A stretch of DNA of 64,000 nt from the human T2T-CHM13v2.0 reference genome, Homo sapiens: assembly GCF_009914755.1 (NCBI RefSeq), contig NC_060928.1, one strand, 5' to 3'. Shown here piece after piece: positions 50,936-64,000 of this stretch (the first letter of the stretch is position 1; each line of letters starts with the position of its first letter). Under the pieces are notes generated by a model, which saw only the letters and a list, made by a program, of their open reading frames with translations, had not been told where the DNA came from and did no database searches. The position numbers and the translations under genes are program-made.

Positions 50936-53094
50936 TTCTCCAGACTTAGGAGCCTAAGCATGCTGATAAGGACACTCAAATGTCAACAATCCAACGTCAT
51001 GCCCTCTCCTCTCACTGAGCAACTTCACCTAAGCCTTTCTTGATGTCTCTGTGCTGTACCCACATGTACTCAGGAACTCCAAGGCAGCAGACACTATGCA
51101 AACCATGGACCCTAATGTTGTCCTTCTTGGCAATGGTAATATTTGTGTGACAAATGCAATCTCTTATCTTCCCCCAATCCCCCCAAATGATAATTTTCAT
51201 GCAGCCAGAGTGTTGCTAGGTTCAGGGCAGAGGGAGGTAGAGAGAAAGCCACTTCCCTATGTTGATTCACATGGCCCCCAAAATGGTTACGCTAATACCA
51301 ACAGACTTAAGCCTTTCCTAGAAATGCCCTCCTGAAAAATTTTCCTGGAAGCATTCCTTTCAGTATCTGATACAACTCTCTCCATAAAGGCTCAAAACCA
51401 GTCACTAGGCAGAAAACAAAAACAATTTATATCCTCCATTGTCCGGTACTTGTGCATACTCATCCCACACACCTTTCACTTGCAATGGCCAATCTCCAAC
51501 TCCTAGCTGGCCTTAGCCAGAACACTGTAGAAACCAATGAAATTTAGGAAATTTACCTAAGGCTTTGTACCTTCAAATTGTTATTGTTCAGAAATAGTCA
51601 TTCCCACCTACTCCCAACCACAGAATACTAGGCACAGTTGAATGCTTTCAGGTAGCAACGTCTGTAGTATCTTTGGAAAGGGCTGATTTGCTTTCTTCAC
51701 CCCTTGCTAGTCTTGAAACATGCCTTTAACCTGCCAGGTCCACCTTCCTTGGAAGGACAGAGATGCATGGTGTTAGAGGTGGCTATGGGAGCCAAGTCAA
51801 GGTTATTTCAGAATGGACAAAAATTGAACATTTGTGTAGGTTAAAAGCAACCAGCCAGTGGTAGAAATGGAGGCTATCAGAGAATGAGAGAAGGTAGTTA
51901 GACCAGGTAATCTTGGAGAGGAAAGAGATGGATCAAAACAACCACCCAGGTGGAGGACTTGGTCTTGAACAAGCATGGATCCTGACTCACAGCTGTGTCC
52001 ACTGAGGCAGGTGAGAAGCAAGTGAAGATGGGTAGGAATTTGAATAAATTGGGGATAGTAGGGAAATTGAGATGACTATGATAATGTTTTTCTCTAGGAG
52101 GTTGAACCTGGGATCATTGCTTAAGATAAAGACAGTGAGCTGATTAAATGAGTGCTGAGAGCTCCCAGGCCAGTGCTTGTCATAGAGTAAGCACTAGAAA
52201 GGAAGTATATATTCACTTCTGTCCTCCTTGACAGATTGAAATGATAGCAATTGTTTATTTACAAAGGATCTCATCTAAAAACAGCCCATGACACCATGCA
52301 TATATTTTGCCTTTCAAGTGAAACACAAATACAGCTTTTTTTTTTATTTTAAACCCTAAACTATAATGACTTCTCTAAGCTCATCTCAGCTTTGAAAATA
52401 ACTTGGCCCAGGTATATACTATTTGAGAAGACCTCTGACCACACATATTCTCTTTCTATGACCCCTGAGTCTAGAGAATGTTCTGGAGCCTCACCAGCAA
52501 AGAGGTGTGTGCAGGAAGAAAACTGAATTCCGGAGCTTTTCTGTTCAGTGTTATAGAAATGGTTCAAGACATGACAAATGAAAGGGAGTTAATCTAAACC
52601 ATAGACCATTTTTATACTTGGCCTGTGAAACTTTTTGTAAGCATAAACTTTACTGGGCCAGATCAGGCTCTTATCTCCAAATGTTTCCGATTTTGACTGT
52701 CTTCCTTTAATTATTTGAAATCATAAGGGTTGGTTTGGGGAGGCAGCTGGCAGGCAGACCAGAGCAAGTAGTGGCCTCCGGGGAGTGGGGTTGCAGGATT
52801 CTCTTCCACCTTGCCCTATCAGCCCTCACCAGCACCATAGCAGGGAGAAGCAAGAGCAGGATTGGACAGACCCAGGATCAGCCAGTGTTTCAGGGCTCCC
52901 AAGAAGGGCATTCTCTTGTGAGAACAAGGGTTAGGAGCTTGCGATTTCTTGAACACTGGTTCTCTCCTTCTCTTTCTCTCTTTTTCTGTCTGTCTTCCCA
53001 AGCTCTTGTAAATAAGTACTGGTCTCTTTGACTTGTTTTTTAGGAATTCTAGTTACCCGCAAGACCAGCACAGTAACAGAGAGGCAGAACTAAG

Positions 53095-53660
53095 CGCTCA
53101 CCAAGTACCTGGCACTATTGTGGGTGCTTGGGACAGAGCTGTGATCAAAACAGACAAAGTCCCTCCCTTTAGCCCCTTAGAGTCCACTTGAGGGGTGACA
53201 GACAAAGAAAACACAAAGACGTACATGTCAGAAGGACCACAGAAAAGGAAGTGACATAGAGACAGAAAAGTGTAGACAGGTGGGTCAGATAAGGCTGGGA
53301 GCCATGGGAAGCCAATGTTGGAGCAGAGATATAAGCCACATCAGCCTCTGGGAGAACAGCATTCTCAGCTGAGGAGTGACAAGGAGGACAGAAGGCAGGA
53401 TGGACTGTGCTTGGTTTGTTTCAGGAACAACAAAGATGCCAGGGTGGCTGGAAAGGATCCCATGAGGCAGAGACTTGAGGTCAGAAGGCAGTGGGAGGGG
53501 GATCATCTAAGGTCTTGAAAACACTTTGAGATCTATCCTGGGAGAGGTGGGAAGCTACTGCAGGGTTTTCAACAGAAGAGTGACTGACAGATCTGAAAGT
53601 CCACTCCGATCTGAAAGTCCACTCCGATTGCTATTTGGAAAATGCACTGTCAGCAGGCAA
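53095..53660 (-). mobile_element. L2 fragment
   Basis: ctgtgatcaaaacagacaaagtccct...tgtttcaggaacaacaaagatgccagggtggctgga...gggttttcaacagaagagtgac. Confidence 0.75.
53590..53628. repeat. Perfect 18-bp tandem duplication (gatctgaaagtccactcc)x2
   Basis: Directly visible. Confidence 0.95.
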
Positions 53661-54284
53661 GGCAAGGTGGATTATACTATCCCCACTCCAGTTCTCAGTA
53701 CCCTGGCTGGGCAATTTCAACAAGAGCGGGCTCGCTTGGTGAAGAATTCACAGGTAAAAATAAAATAGACACACACCGAAAGTTTAACAACCACCTTCAT
53801 TACGGCTTATATATTACATTAGATTACTCTGTTTGAAGACAGACAAATCACATCATAACACGATAATAAAATGAAATTAATTTCACTAAGGACAGTTCTA
53901 TTTGTAGCATTTTGTTTCGCCAGCCAGAAAAACTCAAATACCAGACTGTTATGCTCAAAAACCAGACCTGGAAGCCAAAACCAAAAGCTGTCTATTCTCC
54001 TTCCTTTTCCTTGGACCTGCCTCTCCTGGCAGAGTGCTGTCCCTCAGAGAGCAGGGAGGATGTCCGCATCCCAGCCCGGCTCCACAGGGTTCTGGGCTCC
54101 TACTCAGGAGTTTGTGGCCAAAGCTCCAGATGGCACACACTGTTCCTTTCCCTGGCCTTGTCTCTCATGCATGGAGCTTTTGAGGGGACCATGGAGGAGG
54201 CTAGTACAGAAACTAGCTCATTGAAGTCTTAGATACAAGAGGTCATGGGTCCCAACCAAATATTATTTGTCAACATTTATGGCT

Positions 54285-57699
<3,415 letters not shown>

Positions 57700-58000
57700 T
57701 GATCCCCTAGAGATTTTCATAAACTGTCTTGAGAGGCACAGGTGCATTGGTAACACTGGATTATAAAATGTGAGTAGGTCAGGGGGCAGGAAATGAGGCT
57801 CACACCGTCAGCAGGGCAGGTTATGGAGAACTGTGCATCGTGTTAAAGACTTCTTCATTAATCCCACAAATCAGGGTTATTAGTCTGTGATGTGAGAGAG
57901 GTCCTTTGATATTATGAAGATTATGGACTCTCTTCTACTCCCACATAATCCTACACAACCATTATGCCTATAATTTCAGGGAAGGGAGGAATTTGTCCGC

Positions 58001-58380
58001 TGTATACAAGACTATTCAACCAGAGAAACAGATGAGTAGGAAATATATATTAAGAGGCATATTGCAGGGATTCGGATTATGCAGATGTAGGGGCTGGCTA
58101 CAAGTCTAAAATCTGTAGGGGAGTCCTCCAGGAAGGGTAGGCTGGAACACTAAGGAAGGAGCTGATGCTTCGGTCCACAGGAAAGCCACAGCTCTGCTCT
58201 TCAATCCTTTCGACTGATTGAATTGAGGCACCTAAATTATCTAGGAAAACTTTACTTACCATCAACAGATTATTGAATTTAACCACATCTACAAAATGTC
58301 TTTACAGCAAAACCCAGAGTGTTTGATGAATAACTAGGGACTGAAGCCTAGCCAAGTTAATGCAAAAAACTGACCATGAA
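58001..58380 (-). mobile_element. MLT2-type ERVL solo LTR
   Basis: ccagagaaacaga...cctttcgactgattgaa.tgaggc...ttaaccacatctacaaaat.tctttacagcaa...gcctagccaagtt. Confidence 0.75.
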
Positions 58381-58894
58381 ATCAGTGTATTTCCTAAAAC
58401 CTACAGATCTATGGCTGGGAGTTCCTTTTGTGAGCAGAGGAGGAGCCCATGAAACATTAAGGAAGAAAAGCGAGATGGTCCACCTTGCATTTCAGAAAGA
58501 TCAGATCTTCAAGATTAGGTGGTAAGAAATCTTAGTAAAGAATCTGAACAAACAATACTAAAAATAAAATACAACTTTCTCCAGTGCAAATCCATGTGAA
58601 TTACAGCTGGTCTCAGTGGAAAATAAAGCAAGCTGGGAAGAACCCCAAAGAAAATTTATTCCAGACTTCCCTGAACACTCAGGAAAGGAATTATTAGTCC
58701 AATGTGCAAGAACTTTTAAAGTAATAGATCAAAACTCCCAATAACGTTCTAATCTTCCACTGAATTCATGGTTAATGAATTGACGATGGGCACCTAATCA
58801 GTGCCAGCTTGCTCATGAAAACAGAAAAAAAAATAATTAGCCATAGTTCCTGCCACCTCCCACTCTCCCAAAGAGACAGTCTATCTGGGGACTC

Positions 58895-59440
58895 CATCGG
58901 TTAGCACTCTTTCAATTGAAAGCAATGGAACACCCAACTCAAAATGCCTCAAAGCAAGAAAATGGGGAAGGGTGCTTTTGAATGCACATAATTAAAGTCT
59001 GGGGGTAGATCTTCTGACTTCATGTTGTGTTGAATCCAGGTGCTCTAAGCATACGGTCTGAACTCTGTCTCCACATCTCTCAGTTCTGCTTGTCTCTGAG
59101 GTGGTATGACTGTTGTATGTATGTTGTAACGAGAGACAGTATCACCAGCAACTCCAGGTCTACACCCTAGTAGCTCAGCAATCCCAGTAGAGAAGACTCC
59201 TGGACTCCCAGGGTTGAGTAGACTCCTACAGTCCAGTCTCAGTGGACTCACTTAAGTCACCTGCCCTCCCATGAATTAATCACTCTAACTTGAGCCACGG
59301 AATATCCTGAAGATGCTGGAGCATGGGTGGGGAGACCCCACCTGAACTGTACGTTTTGAGAGAAGGAGAAGAAAAGGTCTCCAAAGGAAAATTAAGAGGC
59401 TATTTCCAAAGAGGGAATTGAGTGTTGGGTAAACAACAAA
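58895..59440 (-). mobile_element. Old MLT1 (J-L-like) LTR
   Basis: ctctttcaattgaaagcaatggaacacccaactcaaaatgcctcaaagcaa...tgaatccaggtgctc...cagcaactccagg. Confidence 0.55.
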
Positions 59441-60884
59441 AGTCAGTGCCCTTTTTTGGGTCATCACCCCTCAAGCCCCAGTGACCAATGCAAACCAGCA
59501 CAGATCTGAGAATTCCACTGGGCATCCTGCCCTAATGCGAGTCCCAGTGCCCTATCTCCAAAGGGGGAGTAAAAACAACACTTGTTATTAACGTGTTTGT
59601 GTCTCCCAGCAACAATATGTATTATTAAAAATCAAAGGAGATAACATATACAATTATGCCTTATAAATAATAAACATTGCATACAGATAAGGTATGATGA
59701 AAGCTTTATCAATGGGGTGGGACTTCAGTTTGTGATGAGAAGGAAAAGGAGGAAAAGGGACAACAAGCAGGAAGAAGCACCACTATTTGGGCAGTTAAGA
59801 AGGGGAAATTTGAACACAGGTCCAAAACCCATGTTCTTTCAATTTGGCATTACAACGTGGGTCTTATGAATACAGACAGGCAGTGAGAGAGAGAGAGGAA
59901 GGGAGTGGGGAAAGCATTCCTGAGTGCCCAGGTCCTCAGCCTGGATTTAGTTTCAGCAATAGTTAGCCAGCTGAAAGTTTAACTTAAGCTGTGGACTGAG
60001 GGATATTAATTAGAATGAATTTGTTAGAGAATGTTTTAGCCAGGACAAAAAGAACTGAACATTTTAGGAATGTGCCATAGACACCAAGCTGAATTTAAAT
60101 GCTCTTCTGTCTGAATTCCTAAACCCTCCATTCATCCAGGTATCGAGAAAAGAGACTCCATTTCTTGCCAGAAGACTGGGCTTGCACATTCATCAGATCC
60201 ATGATTCACACCTGTGTATATATCTAGGGGGCGCTTACTTAAATCACCTCATTCATTTTCCACCACAGCCTTCTCAGTGGATACAGCGTCCTCGCAGAAC
60301 CAAGGTACACACACAATGGAGTGTTAACTGCCAGTGTGTGAACCAAACCTCTCACCCCAAGCCCGGTGCCCCTTCAGCCCCATCACAGGCACCTGTGCAG
60401 GGAAGCAGCCCTCACCCAAAGACACTAGCCCTGCCTTCCACATTCCAAGAAGCCCTGAGGCACATTCACATCTGCCTGGGCCCCAGCTCAGCCTCTCCAG
60501 GGAGGACCTGGTACAGCCCAACTTCCTCACTTCTCTTTGCGTGGAATGATGCCAAGCATCTCTCAGGCACCGGCAGAAGGAGCAGAGGGTGTGATGTGGG
60601 TGGCATTTGGGCCAGGCATTCCGTGTGAGTCTGTTTTGCCTCCCTGTGGGCCTATTTCCTTTCTCCCTCACCTAGCAAAAAACACCAATAATTATGATAT
60701 AGAAAGGGGCAACATGGGATTTTCAAAAGACATTTGAGTGAAATGAAAATGTACAGGTGAGAGTAACCGGGAAAACAGGTGAATGCCACCTGGGAGTTTG
60801 CTATCCTCCAACAAGAAAATCACCATCATGACTGCAATAAAAGCCCAGGAACAGAGACCCTGAGCTGGTCTGGGAGACACACTC

Positions 60885-61243
60885 TGATATAATTTGACTG
60901 TGTCCCCACCCAAATCTCATCTTGAATTGTAGCTCCCAAAATTTCCACGTGTTGTGGAAGGGACCTGGTGGGACATAACTGAATCATGGGGGTGGTTCCC
61001 CCCATACTGTTCTTATGGTAGTGAATAAATCTCATGAGATCTGATGGTTTTATAAGGGGAAATCTCTTTCGCTTGGCCCTCTTTTCTGTCTTGTCTGCCG
61101 CCATGTAAGACATGCCTTTTGCCTTCCACCATGATTGTGAGGCCTCCCTAGCCATGTGGAAATGTGAGTCCATTAAGCCTCTTTTTCTTTATAAATTACC
61201 CAGTTTCAGGTATGTCTTATCAGCAGCATGAAAACAGACTAGT
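60885..61243 (+). mobile_element. THE1C-like MaLR solo LTR
   Basis: tgatataatttgactgtgtccccacccaaatctcatcttgaattgtagctccc...tttataaattacccagtttcaggtatgtctt.atcagcagcatgaaaacagacta. Confidence 0.92.
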
Positions 61244-61387
61244 TTCCCTCTAGCTGGAAACAACGTGGGTCCCACACTCTTCTGCAGGCCATTCTGCAGG
61301 ACTCTTCCACTGTGGTAAGAACCTACAGGCCCCGGGCTGCTAAATCTTAGAAGGAGGCCCCCAGGAAAGCTTAATCACACTAGAAGC

Positions 61388-61565
61388 CAAAGGTTCTCAA
61401 CCCTGCCCTTTCTCAGAATCATCTGGGATCACATTAAAACGCAGACTCTCGAGCCCAACACCCAAAGATCTTTATTCTGGAAATGTGAAGTAGGGCTTGG
61501 GCATCTTTGCCTTTAACAGGCTTCCCTGGAAATTCTGAGGACCAATGGATTTGATCATCACTAAT
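61388..61565. mobile_element. MER5-type hAT MITE
   Basis: ggttctcaaccctg...cagaatcatctggga...gggcatct...tttaacaggcttccctggaaattctga. Confidence 0.65.
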
Positions 61566-61569
61566 CCAG

Positions 61570-61710
61570 GTAGCTTCCTTGCTGTGTGACCTGGGGTAAG
61601 GGAGTTCACCTCTCTAAGCCTGTTTCCTCAACTTTAAAATAAGGCAAACCCACCTCTTCCACAGGGTAGTTGTGACAACTAGACGCCATGAGAGCACTAG
61701 CACCAAGACA
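61570..61710 (+). mobile_element. MIR fragment
   Basis: gctgtgtgacctggggtaag...cacctctctaagcctgtttcctca...cagggtagttgtga. Confidence 0.75.
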
Positions 61711-61715
61711 GGGCT

Positions 61716-62225
61716 ACTCACTCATTCACATGTTTGTTGAGGCCTACTATGTGCTGGGCCCTTTCTGGATACAAGAGACACAGCAGTGAACCAGACAGAA
61801 ACTCTGTTCCCACACAAGCCTTCCTTTCTAATGAGGATAGACAGATAAGAAACCAGTAACCATTTCCTACATCGTATAGTGACTGCATTAAGGGGGAAGT
61901 AAGGGCAGAGGGGGTGTGTAGGGCCAAGGCAGGAGGGCTCTATTTCATATAGCAGGGAAGGGAAAGGCTCACAGATACATGAAGTTTGAGCAGAACCCTG
62001 AAGGAGATGAGTGAGAGAATGAGCCTGTGAAGGTCTAAAGTGTAAACATTCCAGGCTGAAGGAAAGTCCCATGCAAAGGCCCTGAAGTGGGAGCATGTTT
62101 GGAACACTTGAGGAAAGTACGTAAGGTAAATGTGGTTGGGGCAGAGGTGCAAGGGATGATAAGAGGAGCTGAAGTTGGGGTGAAACCCAAGGGCAGATTG
62201 TATAGGCTTTGCCAGCCTTCTACAT
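61716..62225 (-). mobile_element. L2 3' region
   Basis: actcactcattcacatgtttgttgaggcctactatgtgctgggc...cagcagtgaaccagacaga...tgcaaaggccctgaagtgggagcatg. Confidence 0.8.
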
Positions 62226-62249
62226 GGAGAGTGGGCTCTCAAGAAACAG

Positions 62250-62620
62250 TGGCTAAATCCAAGACAACCAAAATGTGCCCAGTAGGGGAATGCCCAGATA
62301 ACTTACAATCAGCTCATACTGCAGAATGCTAGGCAGAGAAAGGTATTCACCACATATTGTTTAGTGAAAAGAGCATGTTGCAGAAAATAGGTATGTTTGG
62401 ATTCCATTTCAAAAACAAATTCATCCTCATATGTGTACATGTTTGTGCAGAGTCTCAAAAAGGTGGAAGAATGCACACACAAAAGTTTGAACAGTGGGAA
62501 TCCTTGAGGAATTGGGTTCAAAGGAAGGGATCTGTGTGTGGGGACTCCCACATTTTACTTTGTGTAATTCTATATCATTTTTGGTTTTACGACAAACATT
62601 TTTTATAATTTTCAAAAATT
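62250..62620 (+). mobile_element. Old L1ME-type 3' fragment
   Basis: acaaccaaaatgtgcccagtaggggaatg...catattgtttagtgaaaagagcatgttgcagaa. Confidence 0.55.
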
Positions 62621-62871
62621 ACAAACATGTGTTGGATTCCGATGGAACTAGACTCTCTACTCTTCACATTTTGGGGATCACAGGAGAGATGATGGTGGGT
62701 ATCAGAAGGTCTTGAACCATAAGGCCTGGCCCTGGTACTTTTTTACCTAAGGCATCCCCAAGTGCCTTAGGATAGATATCGGCACCCAAGGGGATTCTCA
62801 TTATTAAAGACAATTTGAACACCTCAACTGTTTCCCAAAAGAACTTGAGTAGGACTGTCTTAAAATGTACC

Positions 62872-63411
62872 TGTGGGATTTTAATTTATGGAGGTGATTC
62901 AGTGACAACACAAACAGACTAATGCCATTGAAAGAGAAGTTTTATAACTTATATTTCCCAAGAGGAGGGGGCACACCATGCCACACAGGGCCACATGGGA
63001 AAGAGCCTGGCTGGTCAGGGGGCAGAAGGGAGAGAAGAGAGAGCCTGGGCCAGAGCCTTCATTGTGTTTTCCATGGGAAAAGCAAGACAGGGCAGGATAA
63101 ACAGCTTAGGACTGGCTACTTGGAATAAGTCTGATGGCTTTGGAGCATAGGGACTGTCCCTAGTTGTCTGGTGCCTGGCCCTGGGGTGATTTAGGGAAGA
63201 GGGAATATTGGCTCCATGTGTAAGAATTCCATAAAAGAGATGGTGGGGGGCGTGGACTCTGGATTGGTGTTTTTGCATTTAAAAAAAGAGTGCTCTTGGG
63301 CAAGCCCCCTTGCTTTCTGTAAGAACTGGCTATGCCTGGGAGGTGCAGTCTCTCCCCAGTCAAATGCCAGAGCATCAGGAACACAGAAAACAAGAAAAGA
63401 TAGTTAATACA
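62872..63411 (-). mobile_element. MER74-like ERVL solo LTR
   Basis: Reverse complement begins tgtattaactatcttttcttgttttctgtgttcctgatgctctggcat...gactgcacctcccaggcatagccagttc. Confidence 0.65.
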
Positions 63412-63639
63412 ACTGGCCCTGTGATGAATGGATGCCAAATAGACACAGACTCTAAGAAAACAAAGCTGTTACAACCACAATCCAGTTAAAAGAGGCCAGT
63501 ATACTCAGACTCGTAACTCAGACATTCTCTACCAGGAGGCATGATGGGCTGGGAGCTGGGGGATAGTGAGAAAATAGAGAAAGGCAGGGCCGAGGGAGGG
63601 TCCATTGTTCAAATGACACCGAAAAAACAGCAGAAAATT

Positions 63640-63860
63640 GTAAGACCTACTCTGTGCTGAGAAAATACAGGGCACCTTAGATATATTGTCTCTAACAATC
63701 AAACCCTTTGAAACACATATTAGTATCACCATTTTACGGATGAGAAAAATGAGGCTGGGAGGGGTAAGTATCCTGCCCCTATGGTCATCTGGCCAGTCAG
63801 TGGTGGAAGTAGACGTTAAACCTCAGTCTTTTTGACTCCAAAGACACTGTTTTAACTTTA
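63640..63860 (-). mobile_element. MIR
   Basis: ccattttacggatgagaaaaatgaggctgggaggggtaagtatcctgccc..tggtca. Confidence 0.75.
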
Positions 63861-64000
63861 AAGTCTAATTTCTCTGAAATCTGGGCTTGAACCTGGGCAG
63901 ATGCTAATCTCCAAAGAAATCAGTTTTAGTAAGTGGGGGGCAATGAAGAGGGCTCTAAGCAGTGGGAGTTTCAGGTCAGAGCAAAGCTGCAAAATTCCAA

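Noticed and set aside
60182-60628. 148-aa ORF
   Set aside because: No homology that I recognise, a non-ATG start, and no convincing splice context.

Overview
Simian-primate (human-like) genomic DNA, AT-rich and dense in interspersed repeats: Alu, L1PA, L1M, L2, L3, MIR, MaLR/ERVL LTRs, and hAT and Tigger MITEs. I see no host protein-coding exon, RNA gene or CRISPR array. The ORFs with recognisable content derive from repeats (L1 ORF2, L2 ORF2, a Tigger HTH remnant, Alu, low-complexity DNA), and the rest look like chance ORFs. Two repeat-free blocks (~7.0-10.0 kb and ~42.3-43.5 kb) each contain a strong + strand 5' splice donor and look like alternative promoters/first exons of a large + strand gene that I cannot name. 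The rest would then be upstream DNA and intron. The clearest structural discovery is an L1PA 3' transduction at 35725-36765: a 19-bp direct repeat encloses a truncated L1, its poly(A), ~440 bp of foreign flank and a second poly(A). Also notable are a nested MaLR provirus/(CA)n/THE1/poly(A) stack, a ~620-bp polypurine array with a 144-bp higher-order duplication, and a ~3-kb L2 that reaches its endonuclease region. I found no evidence for a genuinely new biological system. Repeat family names come from memory of consensus sequences, and old-repeat boundaries are approximate (tens of bp).
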